64,000 bases of DNA, taken from positions 5,952,001 to 6,016,000 of the forward strand of contig OX597829.1 in NCBI GenBank assembly GCA_951406725.2, written 5' to 3'. This stretch comes from Octopus vulgaris (lineage: Eukaryota). The translations under genes and the position numbers were made by a program. Under the pieces are notes generated by a model. The model did no database searches, was not told the origin of the DNA, and was given only the letters and a program-made list of their open reading frames with translations. Below, piece by piece: positions 25,831 through 41,337 of the stretch; the first letter of the stretch is position 1; each line of letters opens with the position of its first letter.

Positions 25831-27049
25831 TTACCACTAGTTCTGTTGGCACCACTAATAACATCACCACAACCACTACCACTACCATCACCACCACAGT
25901 ACACCCGCTCTCTTTAGCACCACCAGTAATAACAATACTACCTTCAACAATGACAGCTAACATCAACCTCATCATCACTACCACTACCATTATTTATAAT
26001 GATCTTGTCAACAATATTATAATCACGATGACGATTTTGAATAGTAGCCTCTTCAACACAGCCATTATCGCCATCATCGTTATCTGGCAGATAATCAGAA
26101 GCGATTAAAATTAGTTCAGGTAAAAACCACTACGTTCGAATCCCCCGGATTCTTCATAGATCAATAAAGTAAATACTCTGTAATTACTGAAGGCTTTCAC
26201 TATTCGTGCACAACGTGCCTCTCGTGTTCTCTCCTTATACGTACGTTAGCAATCGATAACATGACGGAACATTTGAGAAAATACTTTGCGTATTTATTTA
26301 CGTTACTTCACTCTACACGGGCACCACCAGTGCGTCTTCCTTCCTCGGTAAAAAGAATTTCGACTAGAGAAAAGTCAGGTGCCAAATTGAAAAAATATCA
26401 AGAGTAAAAATGAATAATATTAAGCACACACTCACACATATCGACAATGAAATAATTCCGAATGCTGTCAGAAAGCAACAAGAGCAGCAAGAAACTTCGA
26501 AGGTGGCTTCCCGACAAAGTCAGAGCTACGTAAAATTGTATCGGGTACATTTCAGATGATGTCGAAGTTAATCTAAACTTGTCACAAAGGGTAGTGACGA
26601 TGAAAAGATGGAAAAACAATTGATTCATGGTAAAAATACAAATAGTGGAAAGTTAAAGACACGTACGTCTTCACAAAACATCGATGCTACACAATCGTAT
26701 TGAGGTAAGGTAACTCAAACACAACTGAGGTAACCGCAAATAAACAAAAAAAGAAACAACAAAAACAGTAAAGTTCATTCCAATCCCCAGACAAATGCTA
26801 AGAGGACAGTTAAAAGTACTTGGAATGTACACTTTTCGTTCGGAGAAGACTCTCTCTGACGAAGAGGAAACTAGTTTTTATGAAGAATAAAATACTTTCT
26901 ACTTTTATGTGAGGAAGAGACGATATTCTCTGAAGAGATGCCTGTTTCCTCGATCGAAATGTATTTAGCAACACTTCACAAGACCAACGATAGGTACATG
27001 CAAGACAGACCTGTGCGGAAACTTTCAGGAAATGAAATCTGAGTAAGCA

Positions 27050-27106
<57 letters not shown>

Positions 27107-27477
27107 TGGAGGGGAGGAGAGAAAGCAAGAGGGAAAGAGAAAGAAGGAATTATGACATCGAATATTAGCAAAGTGTGTGGCATGTTACAAGTCGATAAAT
27201 TGCAAGCTCTCGGCCAATTCTTTGCCATGAACTAACTCTTCATGGGAGACTCTAGAATTAAGAACCTTGATAACCAAACTACATGGAAAACGGTAGATAC
27301 GTCGAGAGGGTGCATGTAGTACTCATACTTTACGTATATATATATAAAGTTAATTAGATGATGTATTAACTTCTTAAAGGGCTGATTACATCCAAGAAAA
27401 TATATGTTCTATACCTTATATCTTCCGGAAATAATATGTCCCTAAATCAATAGGTATATATTAGGTATATAATCCGT

Positions 27478-28135
27478 ATTAAATTAAGAGAAAAAAAATG
27501 GGGAGTTAGTGGTTAATATTTTTCTATGAATAAATTGATACTTATTTCTTCCTATACCTGTTTCTATTTATACTCTCATTATTTAAATTACATATTTATG
27601 CATTTAAATTTGCATTTATAAGTTATGAGCAAAATATCGTCAGGGCAAAGTTAGACATTAAAAAATTACATGTAGACCTACCTGTTCATTCCAGTCTGCT
27701 CTACTTTATTCAATGAATATAAATGGAAACAGCTATAGGAAGAAAGGATCATCAATTTATTAATAAATAAATATTAACCACTAACTCTCCATTTTCTTCT
27801 TTTAATTATATATATATATAGATATCGCCAAAATTTAGGGAATGGAGTAGATAAAATCCAGGCTATATATGTTTCATAGCTAACAGAATCTCGGACGTGG
27901 TAATTATCCAAACGAAGCCGCATCTACTCTTCAGGTCAAGAATACTTTGAGCATATGGAGTTTACACTGTCGGTATCTCTTAACGACAATATAAATTTCA
28001 CATAATCAAGGTATTTTTGCTGGTCTACCAAAAAGCCACTATATGAACAGAAATACATCTTGTTTGCAATAACTGTAATCCTGAAGATGAATTGTTTTAA
28101 TAAAAGAACATTTTTCAGAAGAAAAATCGTTTCCT
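27478..28135. mobile_element. PLE-type fold-back module(s) with two degenerate hammerheads
   Basis: Inverted arms at about 27480-27575 and 27712-27808. Minus-strand motifs at 27551-27645 and 27861-27937. EQKYILF...FNKRT near 28045-28110 resembles the PLE C-terminus. Confidence 0.55.
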
Positions 28136-28231
28136 GCTTTCCTTTGAACTTCGTCGGCAACAACAATGAAAGCATTAATAATGGTACACAAAAAAAAAAA
28201 AAAAAAGAAATGTTATCAAACGTCACACATC

Positions 28232-28636
28232 TTTAATCTTTTAATTATTTTCATCTATTGAACTGCGGACATGCTAGGGCACCACCTTAAAGGGTTTAAT
28301 CGAACAAAACAACCACTTTTCATTTTTTTAAAGCCTGGAATTTATTCTGTCAGTTTCTTTGACAAACCGCTAAGTTATAGGACATTAACAACCCAACACT
28401 GGTTTGTTGAATGGTGGTGGTAGTAGTGGTAGACAAATTTAATACACTTAGATACCTACACATACATACATACGTTCACATACACAGAAACACATACGAT
28501 GGGCTTCTTTCAGTTTCCATGAACCAAATCCACTCAAGGCTTTGGTTAGCCCGGGACTGTAGATTTATGTAGTGAAACTCAACCGGAAGTACGTGGTTGA
28601 GAAGTTAACATCTTACCAAAGAGCTTTGCCTGTGCA
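28232..28636 (-). mobile_element. SINE family B, full-length diverged copy
   Basis: Tail, internal microsatellite and head are collinear with the other family B copies. Confidence 0.8.
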
Positions 28637-30424
28637 TGTTTAAACTATTAAAACTGCCAAATTTTGTTCATTTCTTTTTTTTTGCTTTGCCAGGTGACTT
28701 ACGAGTTAAAATAATACGTAGTATTTAGATTTTCTTCATACGTGAACTCTTTTGGAAATTATGATAAATTTTTCGAAAAGTCTCAAATGGGATCGATGAA
28801 TAAAAGTATACCTATCCTTTTCTATTCAATTGCAATTTATAAACATTTTAGTTTTTTTGAAGCTATAGTATAAAATGCAAATATGTATGAAATATCAACG
28901 AATGATATAAATGGGAAATGCAAAAAAAAAAAAAGTTTTCAAAACAGTTAATATTTTTGCAGTCCAACAATTACGATTTATGACATAAAATGTCCTCTAG
29001 AAATAGCCAGAGCTAATAAAGACAAACTTTAACTACTAAATAGTGTTAAACACACATCTGCAAATGCAATGTAAATAAGCAATTCACTTTAATTTCAACG
29101 AACAACAGGCAGTGAGACTGTTTTTAGCAGATCCCCGAATGGGACTCGTGGCAGGCAAGGGGTTAATTTCGTCCGGGCTGTCTTCAGTATTGAATACTTG
29201 AGACATGGACAATGCTCAGTCCGAAAAGGACCTGTAGCAGAATTATGTCCTCTTGTCCAAAGAATATATGTTTAATCTGACGAAGAGCGAACTCCTCTAT
29301 CTTTGTCTCATTGACAAGCGCATAATGTACATGAAATATATGTTCACAAACTTGTTCTCCAGTAGGGTAATACAAGAGTAACATCCAAATTATTCCCTGA
29401 TTCGCCGTCGCTTTTGTTAAGCAATATGTATGAGTTAGGCTCACAAGTAGCAAGAAATTATGTGTGATCCGGAGTAGTTAGCATGGGCTTTAAAGTCCCG
29501 ATTATAACATGGTAACAATAATGTTAAAAAGGTTAGTTTTGCTGCTTTGGTGATATTAACTGAATTTTTAGACTTTAAGTTTCCTACCAAAAATTATTAG
29601 GAGAATTTTGTGTCGATGTCTTTGAAAAATAATACGTATGCGTTTTAAAAAGGATGACAATTTTCAATAAACAGCGAAACACTGGAAAAATTATTTGGGG
29701 CGATATTCTCTTGCTCAGTCGAATGTACTTCCAAGATTTAAAATTCAGCCAAAACATGGGCAAAAATTGCTATATATATATTTCTACCCGCGAACTTGTG
29801 TCCAAGTATACAGGATACATATATTTAAATGTGGCGATACGATATACTGGAATCGATTTGGTTTCGTGGCTAGTTGTACGATGAGTAGCTAAATGTTTCA
29901 AGAAGCCAAAATGTTTTATTAATTTCTGATGAGGGCCACAAAAGCGTATCAAATCTTTATCCAGTGAAGGCCTTGAGAGAAAGGATATGAGGCTAGAACA
30001 GGAAGCCTAGTTATTTCATGTGTAATAGTAAGAGTCTCATTAAAATTTTTTTCCTGATCGACTAAGAAGGCTACGAAAGGGACTAAAAAAAGAAGGCAGT
30101 GGAGCGCAGTAACGCTCCAGTTTCCAGAGAAACGTTAATAGGAACAAAGGAAGCGACTAGCTCGGAATCGGCCTCGGAAATATTTGAACAAGTACCCTGT
30201 TTTCTTATTGTAGCACCTAGTAGCATGATATCACAGTCTTGTAACGACGGGTGGGGAGATAGAAGGTTAAGGAGACTACTAAGGTAAAGAAAGAGAAGTG
30301 CAATAAGAAAGGAAAACGTCACTACGAAAAAGAAAAAGAAAAGTGAGAAATCCACTTCTGGAGACAAAGTGAAGGTATAGATTGGATGTAAAAAGCAATG
30401 TAACAGATTCAGTAGACACGAATG

Positions 30425-30715
30425 AAAGAACTAATTAGAAAGGATTTTATCCGACAGGTTAGGTTAGCCTTTGGAAGGAAACTCCAATCGAAAAAAAAAG
30501 AAAAAGAAAAAATGGATCAGTTTGGAAACTAGCAATCCTGGCAGCAAGTTACATATTTGACATTGTGAACTAGAATTTGCAACAAATTAAATATAATCTT
30601 GACAAAAAATGAAATAAATTATCTACAAAGTTATTTGATTCAAGAAATGTTTACAAAGTCGTGCAGTACAGTAGCTCTCAGAAAAAAAAAAACGGTGAGG
30701 AGGAGCACTCTCTTT
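30425..30715 (+). mobile_element. Old R4/Dong-type LINE fragment
   Basis: RKDFIRQVRLAFGRKLQSK and LAILAASYIFDIVN resemble the post-RT region of the element at 38453-41340. Confidence 0.5.
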
Positions 30716-33700
30716 AAAACAATAATGAAGACCTCTTCTTAGATCTAAAACTATACTCCAGAATGACAATAAAAATCTCCTCAGGAATACAATATCATTC
30801 TTCTAGACCCTGATCACACGATAAGTCGGAGGAATTTGAAAATTCCAAACCACCGCAAGGTTATGCTTATTAACTTATCACTCAATCAGTGCCGCTGGTG
30901 ATGTCTAAATATATAAAGAAACAACCAAGTGGGAAGGTAGAAACAATAAACAAAAATTGTCAACGGCAGAATAATAGATTTTTATTTTGTTTATTTAAAG
31001 GAGTATGTCCTAATTATGTGGATTGCTTTTACGAGAAATTCATGCAAAATATGCTAACGGGGAAATTTTGGAAAACAAGAAAGAAGTACGAGCAATGACG
31101 GACAAGTACGAGTAATGACGGACAACTACGAGCAATAACGAACAGATAAATACCTAACCAGTAGTTTCTCACCAGTGTGTAGGCGAAACCTGCATTGTAG
31201 GATATGTATTGAAGCTTTAACAGTATTAGGCGCATAGGATTTCAGGCAAAGACTTGTGCTTTCAGCTCAGTTTCTGGAGTGGTAAGTCCATAATAACTAT
31301 AATTGGATGTAGTTGAATTCTAACTGTACTTAACATGCTACTTGCCTGAATTGGATAGATAGGAACTGGAACTAGGAGATGAGTAGAAACACCATTATCA
31401 TTGAGAGAAAGCAATCTTAGACAAGTTGAACAGAAGTGCAGAACGCATAACCGTCTCTGTATTTTGTTACCATCTTGTTCCTGTTTTCAGTTGAGTAGGC
31501 TGCAGTGCCTGGTTTTGGTTAAAGGACCCTTTCAGTAGCAGTGTGAAGCTCTGTTAGTTGTAACCAATAAGTGTATTAAATCATTTTGTAGATTTTATTG
31601 CTATTGTAGGCACCTTTCGCCATTACACTTAAAGATATACGATGTACGTTAAAAATTTATTGGACTTTTTTGTCAAGATTATATTTAATTTGTTGTATAT
31701 TCTAGTTTGCATTGTTAATATGTAACTTGCTGCTAGGTTTGCTAAGTTCTAAGGTGCTCCATTTTTACTTTTTATTTCTTTTCGATTGGAGCTTACTCCT
31801 AAGACTAACGTAATCGGTCGGAAAAAATTCTTTCTGATTAGTTCTTCCATTCGTATGTACTGAATCCGTTGTACTGCTTTGATCCGCAGATATCTATATA
31901 TCCAATCTGTTTCCACTTTCTTTAATATCTAACAATATAAAACTACAGCTACATTTTCCGAAGTATACTTTTCTTATCTAAAATGGCAAGGTGCAATTTG
32001 AAGGAAATTTGGCTGTTGTATCTTGTAGGACGCGCGCCCACATAGAAGACTTTTATATCTCAGCTTAGCCATAGTTGAAAAATTTATGATAAAGTAGATT
32101 GAGCGTCAAAGGACTTGTTGGTTGGTTTTTACGAGGCATTCACATGATTTGATGGTAAAAGTTTTTCTAACTTTAAACACAGGAGTGTTTGCAATACGTT
32201 CATTCTGCTATTTTCATAAATACATAGATTTAAAGCAAATCTAAACAAAAAGAAAAACATAAAATTATATGTAAAATAACAGAGGTATTTTGCAGCGGGT
32301 TTTCTTAACCAGTCAGTTTTAACCATATTTTTAGGCGCCGTATGTCTAACAAAGTGGCTCGTAAATGTCTGTTGTCTTTGTTCTAATTCTAGCAGTAATA
32401 GTATATGGAATGGTAACGGTACTGCAAAAGCAGAGCAGGGACTAATGATTTTGGTATTATCACAAAAGAACGGGTTGTTTCTATGGAAACCTTCAGATAC
32501 TGTCTGGTTATAGACGGCTACTAGACACTTTGTTAGACATACGGCGCCTAAAAATATGGTTAAAACTGACTGGTTAAGAAAACCTGCTGCAAAATACCTC
32601 TCTTATTTTACATATAATTTTATGTTTTTCTTTTTTTATTCTCTATGTTCCGACCGCCGAGACCAGCTTTGCATTTCATCCTTACGGGTTCGATAAAATA
32701 ATGTACCAGTTAAGTACTGGGGTCAAAGTAATCAACTATTCCATCTTCTCTAAAACTGTAGGCCTTGAGTCAAAATTTGAGGCAATTTTTTTTAACATAT
32801 TCCGTTTGGTAAACATTAGCAAAGGATTTTCATTCTAATAACAGCTAACGTAAATTATACAATAAAAGACATTCACAAATAACTAAACTTATTATTATTC
32901 GAAATTATTGTAGTTTGACATACTTAAAAATAGAAAGCCGTAGAGATGGACATTTCGGTTACATATACATGTTAACGTATATTAAATCGTGGAACATGTT
33001 TTTGATCTACTCTTGCCTCTTTTTTACTTGCTATTCTGATACATCAGTTTTCTATAATAGCTGTACGCTTTCGGAAAGAGCTGAATTTCGAGATACAGAC
33101 ATTTTCCTGAACACAAGTAGTGTGTCATTGTGCTAAACAAAACCAAAGGGGAGGAAATACTTTCAGTCTAGTAGCCGTCTATAACCAGACAGTATCTGAA
33201 GGTTTCCATAGAAACAACCCGTTCTTTTGTGATAATACCAAAATCATTAGTCCCTGCTCTGCTTTTGCAGTACCGTTACCATTCCATTTACTATTACAGC
33301 TAGAATTAGAACAAAGACAACAGACATTTACGAGCCAAAGGCGGAGTTGCTCCGCAGATGGTCGATTTGCTGGACATAGCAGCCGAATAACTCTCACTTT
33401 TCATCGCATTTCTTAGTTTAGGATACATTTCATATGTTTCTGGAACACCTGAACCATACATAGGATAAGACAAGATGAGCAAGGTTGGAATTCCTGTGAA
33501 CACAAGTCTAATCTGGGGCTAAACCGAAACCTCTGCTACGACAATAACAACCAAAACAAATTTTACGTCCTTACTATTACAAGTATAGTAACGATAAGGA
33601 GAATACCATGGGATTCAGAAACGGTACCCAACGCTACAACATTAATAACTACCACCACCACCACCACCAATACCATCGCCTCCGCCGCCGCCGCCGCCGC

Positions 33701-34533
33701 CACCACCAACAATAACACTGCTGTCGCCCCTCAACCACTGTCATCATCACCGTAAGAACCATTACATCAATCATCACCACCATCATCACCACCACCACCA
33801 CCACTACCATCACCACCATCCTCACTACCCCCACCCCACCACCACTAACAACAACAACAACATTAACTGCCGTGCTATGATCCATGATGTCACCCTAATT
33901 ATCTTTATTTGGGAAATCATAAGGAATACCTACGCTTGTTACATAACCCCTTTCTCTCTCTCTCTCTCTCTCTCTCTGCGTTTCTTGTTTCATATCTTTC
34001 GTCATTCTTCCTAACATCACCACATTCATCATGAATAAGAACAACAAAAAGCATAACTGACACCACGATCGTCACCATTACAACCATGACCACCACCACC
34101 ACCACCACCACCACCACCATCACCACCACCACCACCATAACTATTAAGTACAACTAGCACGAACAGGATCATCACCACTATCGTCATCATCGCCATCACC
34201 AAAGAAAAACAATATTACCCCCCCTAACCATCACTGCCGTCATTATCGTCACTACGAACAACACCATTACTAATAACTACGGTTATCACTACCACCTCCA
34301 CCAATACCTTCACCATCAGCGCCACCACCATCACCACCACCAGCACCACCACAACCTCAACAACATCATCATCATTGTCACCATAAACAACATGAGCAAT
34401 ACCACCAGTAATAACACCTCCTCACCCACCAATATCAACATCACAACGAATACAACAACAACAACAACTTTATAAAGATAAAATAACATGAAACCAACAA
34501 CTCGGCGGCTGAAGCAGCACTAGCAGCAGCGAT

Positions 34534-34576
<43 letters not shown>

Positions 34577-35169
34577 TCAATAATAACGATAACAAAAACA
34601 ACAACACTGCAAAGATAACAACTACAACAAAAACTAAATAGACAGTGATGATAACATCCATATTCAAATGCAAATATCCACGGAAGCGTGAAATACATTA
34701 TTTTAAACGCTCCGTTCAATGAAACCGCCAAGTGACAGCTCAACAGAGCGGAACACCAATAGTACTGCTGCTGCTGCTGATGGCATCCACTTGTGATTGC
34801 TGTTGTTGCTGTTGGTGTTGTTGTTGTTGTTCATGATTGAGTTGTTGTTGATGTCGCTATGGTGTCGGTGTTGTTTTCTCCTAGAAGAGTAGTGAATTAT
34901 TGCTTCAGTCATTGCCATGCTATCGCCACCGCCACCGCCCCCGCCGCCGCCGCCGTCAATGTTGTTGTTGTCGTTGTTGATGTCGTTTAGTCGCACGTCA
35001 GCTCACTTCGAGCTGATCTGTGATTGTTTCCCGTATTTCCGATGACCATCCCGTCTTTTTGTATATCTGGGACTATGATGTTTAAAGTGTCCATAAATTT
35101 TTCGTTAAACATGGCAAGGTGTGGATTGAAATTGATTTCTAGCTATTTCTTTTTTTTTTTTTTTTTTTG

Positions 35170-35388
35170 CCCACAAGCAGCTAAACATAGAGGGGACAAA
35201 CAAGGACAGACAAAGGAATTAAGTCCATTACATCGACCCCCGTGCATAACTGGTACTTATTTAATCGACCCCGAAAGGATGAAAGGCAAAGTCGACCTGG
35301 GCGGAATTTGAACTCAGAACGTAACGGCAGACGAAATACCGCTAAGCATCTCGCCCGGTGTGCTAACGTTTCTGCCAGCTCGCCGTCC
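35170..35388 (-). mobile_element. SINE family A, near full-length
   Basis: Reverse complement of the family A head, B-box and core. Confidence 0.9.
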
Positions 35389-35754
35389 TTCTAGCATAAC
35401 TGACACCACGATCGTCACCATTACAACCATAACTATCAGGTTAAAATAGTTATGAGACTCAGTGGCTACTTCTGGGAGGTTCTCATGCTGGTATTAATAC
35501 CATTGGTGATGTTACCGCAAATCTGTGGATTGTAAATTACTCAGACTAACAATAACAGCAATGGATTTTCCAGAAATATTCGAGCATCCCACAAAATACC
35601 TTGTATTTGATGTCGGTTCTTACTGAAATAGGGTCAAATCGAATTTTAGTCGGTTTAGTTTTCATACTTCCGGATTCGGTAAAATAATGTAGAAATGAAG
35701 TATTTTTAATCAGCTATATCCGCCCAACTCCATTAAATTTGCTGTCTAGATGCC

Positions 35755-35788
<34 letters not shown>

Positions 35789-35876
35789 TGTATGTATGTA
35801 TGTATGTATGTATGTATGTATGTATGTATGTATGTATGTATGTATGTTTGTATGTATGTGTGTATGTATATATCTA

Positions 35877-35936
<60 letters not shown>

Positions 35937-35962
35937 AGTCCGTCTGTCTGCCTGTCTTTCTG

Positions 35963-36020
<58 letters not shown>

Positions 36021-36037
36021 AATCTATCTATATATCA

Positions 36038-36128
<91 letters not shown>

Positions 36129-36644
36129 AATCTATCTATCTATCTATCTGTCTGTCTATATATATATATAAACAATTTTCAATCAAACGTGCCATGTGCA
36201 GTACTAAATGCTGTTGTTCTAAAGCGATATCAATGTGTTTCACGCAAACTGAACATTTGATGATGTAGTGGCTATGGACGGAACACTTCTTTATTATTCC
36301 TTTTATTTTTCTTTACTCTCATTATATAGGTGGCCGATGAGTGCAGTTTATGCTTTGTCTGAGATAACACAAAGTGTTATTTCTGTACGCTATAGTCTCC
36401 TCCTTCCATTTACTGTGCTTAGATTGAAACAGGCGGAGGTAAACTGGTTTCGAATACACTTTTTACACATGAAATATATGAATGTATGTATGTATGTATG
36501 TATGTATGTATGTATGTATGTATGCATGTATGTATGTATGTATGTATGTATGTATGTATGTATGTATGTTTGTCTGTATGTATGTATGTTTGTATGGTCG
36601 TATGTATGTATGTATGTATAACAATAATGATGATGATAATGATG

Positions 36645-36699
<55 letters not shown>

Positions 36700-36734
36700 T
36701 AATAATAATAATAATAATAATAAAAATAATAATA

Positions 36735-36808
<74 letters not shown>

Positions 36809-36871
36809 GAATAATAATAATAAAAATAATAATAATAACAATAATAATAATGAGGATGATGATAATAATAA

Positions 36872-37528
<657 letters not shown>

Positions 37529-37533
37529 ACAAT

Positions 37534-37949
37534 CGTTTGTACTATCGGCACAAAGACTGAAAATTGGGGGAGGGGGGCTAGACGATTACATCGAACCCCG
37601 TACTCAACTGCTATTTAAATTATCCACCCCAAAAGGATAACAGTTAATGTCGACCTGTGCGGAATTTCAACTCAGAAAGTGAAGCCGGACGAAATGCCAC
37701 TAGGCATTTTACCCGGCGTGCCAACGATTCTACCAACTGATCGCCTTTATATAATAATAGTTTCAAATTTTGGCAGAACGCCAGCAGTCTCAGGGAAGCG
37801 GGTAATTCGGCTAATACTTATCTTATCGACTTTAAAATGTTGAAAAGCCAGGTTCACTTCGACGGAATTTGCACTTTGAACTTAAGGACAGACGAAATAC
37901 CACTAAGCGTTTTGTCCGGACTGCTAACGATTCTGCCAGCTGACCGCCT
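37534..37949 (-). mobile_element. Two tandem diverged SINE family A copies
   Basis: Two successive reverse-strand matches to head and core (about 37534-37748 and 37760-37949). Confidence 0.8.
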
Positions 37950-37982
37950 AATAACATATTATTATTATCATTATCATTATCA

Positions 37983-38028
<46 letters not shown>

Positions 38029-38033
38029 CATTA

Positions 38034-38064
<31 letters not shown>

Positions 38065-38114
38065 TATTATTATTATCATCATCGTCATCATCATCATCGT
38101 TATTGTTGTTGTTG

Positions 38115-38146
<32 letters not shown>

Positions 38147-38231
38147 GTTGTTGCTATTATTATTATTATTATTATTGTTGTTGTTGTTGTTGTCATTATT
38201 ATTATTATTGTTGTCGTTATTATTATTATTG

Positions 38232-38313
<82 letters not shown>

Positions 38314-38452
38314 CATCATCATCATCGTTATTATTGTTGTTGTTATTATTATTATTATTGTTGTTGTTGTTGCTATTATTATTATTATTATTATTGTTGT
38401 TGTTGTTGTTGTTATTATTATTATGATTATTATTATTATTATTATTATTATT
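37950..38452. repeat. Compound (TTA)n/(TTG)n/(TCA)n microsatellite of about 500 bp
   Basis: Directly visible; it abuts the 3' end of the R4/Dong LINE. Confidence 0.95.
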
Positions 38453-41337
38453 CAGTAGTTTTATTTTTATAGCGTGCTTTCACTTCACTACCGAGCGCAG
38501 CTCTGTGTGCCTTGGGTATGTGCTGTGATTTGTTGTGATGCTCTGATGGTTACTGTATTGAAAATGTTCTACGTAGGATGCGTGCAGTGCCTAGTATTGA
38601 AATTGTCTGTATGTTATATGTGTTTGTAAGTCCTGGTGTTTTTGTTATGTATTTGTCTGAATATTTTTTTTATCATGCCTAATGCACCTACTAAGATAGG
38701 AATTGCTTCTGTTTTTAGATTTCACATTCTAGTAAACTCTATTTCCAGGTCTTTGTATTTTGAAAGTTTCTCCATTTCTTTTAGAGAAACGTTGTCATCT
38801 GCTTGTATTCATACATCAATTAGAAAGTATTTTTCTTCATGATCTCTCACAACTATATCTGGTCTGTTGGCCTTAATTTCTCTATCTGTGTGTATTGGCA
38901 TATCCCAGAGTATGGCTGCTTTCTCATTTTCTGTGACCCATTTCTGGTGTGTGCCTATACCATCTTTTTTCTGTTGTTATTCCATAATGTTAGCATAGCT
39001 TCCAGTGTATGTAGGTCCCAAATCTGTCGTGTCTGTGAATATATTCCTTCTTAGCCAGGACTGGGCAGCCAGAGATAATATGATTTATTGTTTCTTGTCC
39101 ATCGCCACATATTCTGCAGTTACTTGTTATATTTCTTTTCATTACATGTTTTTGGTAATTTCTGGTGGGGAGGCTTTGGTCTTGTGCTGCAATTAAAAAT
39201 CCCTCTGTCTCTGCTTTGAGTCCTGAGCTTCTCAACCATTGCTGGGATTTTTCTTTGTCTATTTCTTTTGCATTTAGTTTAGTCCAGTACTTGCCATGAA
39301 GGGGCTTTTCTTGCCATCGTTTTATCATGGTCCGTTGCTGTTCTAGTTTTAGTTTGGATTTCATTTGTCTTCTTCTTCTTCTTCTTCTTCTTCTTCATCT
39401 TCTTCTTCTTCTTCTTCTTCTTCTTCTTCTTCTTCTTCTTCTTCTTCTTCTTCTTCTTCTTCTTCTTCTTCTTCTTCTTCTTCTTCTTCTTCTTCTTCTT
39501 CTTCTTCTTCATATTTGTTAGGTAGTATGATTTCTTGTTTGTATTTGTCAGCTTCCTTAAATACTGAGAACAAATTTTTGTTTTGCTCGTGTTTTGCCGC
39601 TATTTGTATCAGTTTTTCCTTCCTTCTGAAGTAGGTATTTTTGCAGTCCTATGGTGGTTATTTTATAATAATTTTCCAGCTTTATAAGGCCTCTACCATC
39701 TTCTATACGTTGTATATATAGCCTCTCTATTTCAGATTTTGGGTGATGCATCCTAGATCCTGTCATAATTTTTCTTGTTTTCCTATCTAATTTGGTTAGT
39801 TCATTTAGCGTCCAGTTAAGGATATTGTAGCTGTAACTTATAACTGGGACGGCTAAGTGTTAATACCTATTATCTTGTTTTTAGCATTGAGCTCTGTTTT
39901 TAGTAATGATCTAACTCGTCTATAGTATTCTTTCTTTTATTTTCTCTTTCATTTGTATGTGTTGTGTCTTATCTAGTTCTTGGATTCCTAAATATTTGTA
40001 AGTTTGGCTTTGGTCTAATTCTCTTATTTCATTGGTTTTATCTAGTGTGATGTTGCTACTCTTAACTAGTTTTCCTCTTTTCAGGGTTACTTTGGCGCAT
40101 TTTTCTAATCCAAATTTCATATATATTTCTTTCGTGAATCCATGAACTGTCTTTAGTAGTGTTTCCAGCTGTTTGTCATTTGTAGCGTATAGTTTTAGGT
40201 CATCCATATATAAAAGGTGGCTGATCTTTTTGCCGTAACATTTATATCCGCATCCAGTTCTATTTAGCACATCAGATAGAGGTGACAGTGCCAAGCAGAA
40301 AAGGAGTGGAGAGAGCGTATCTCCCTGGAATATTCCTCTTCTAATGGGGATGGCTTTGGTTTTCACGAGTCGCTCTTTTATTTGGAGCTGTAGCACTGTC
40401 TGCCATTTATTCATAGAGTGCTCTATGAATTTTATGATTGTTGGTGCTACTTTGTTAATGGCTAGTGTTTCGAGGATCCATGTGTGGGGGATGCTATCAA
40501 ACGCCTTTTTGTAGTCAATCCAGGCCATACTGAGGCCTTTCTTCTTTCTGTGGCTGTCTTCAGTTATGGCTTTATTGATCATTAGTTGATCTTTACAGCC
40601 ATATGAGCCTTTGCGGCATCCTTTCTGCTCTTCTGGAAACAGGTTGTTTTCGTCCAGGTGCTTGTTCAACCTTTGCGATATCACTGCAGTAAATGCTTTG
40701 TACATTGTAGGGAGACAGATTATTGGTCTGTAGTTTTCTGGTTTTCCTGTCTCATTGGATTTGGGAATTAAGATGGTTTTCCCCTTCGTGAGCCATTCAG
40801 GCATTGTCTCTGGCTCTGCCAGTATGTTTTTAAAGTTTTCAGCCAGCTTTTTGTTCATTACTGTCAGATATTTCAACCAGAAGTCGGGGATCTTGTCATG
40901 CCCAGGTGCCTTCCAGTTGCTTAGACTTTGCAGTACCTGGGTGACCTCTTCAGTTGCTATGGGGGTCCAAAGTTGCTCAGATGCTGAGTTTGTTGTTTTG
41001 ATACTCCTTTTTTTTTGGTATTATTTAATTTATTCGTAGTTTTTTGTACATGGTGTTTGGGACTAGAGATGATCTGGTGTTGATAGATCGTAATGTATCA
41101 AGCATGTTTACATGTGCTGTGGAGGTTATATCCAGTTAAAATACATAGTTTCGTTTGGAAAATAGTAATAAATTTCAATGAGTATTACTTACTCGGATAT
41201 AGTCCAATCCTTTGTCATTTATCTTTTGGCTCCATGCGATGTCTTTGTTTCCGATGTTTGTGGATAGATTTCGGAGCGCTGTTTTATCGTTCTCACATGT
41301 TAAACGCCCCCCGGTGTTCTCTGTTAAACATCCCCCG

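Noticed and set aside
29925-29985. CTGATGA-gggcc...ggcctt hammerhead candidate
   Set aside because: It is followed by GAGAGA instead of GAAAC, and there is no stem I or III.
31084-31142. Three 20-bp repeats as a CRISPR-like array
   Set aside because: They are head-to-tail with no spacers, an ordinary minisatellite in eukaryotic DNA.
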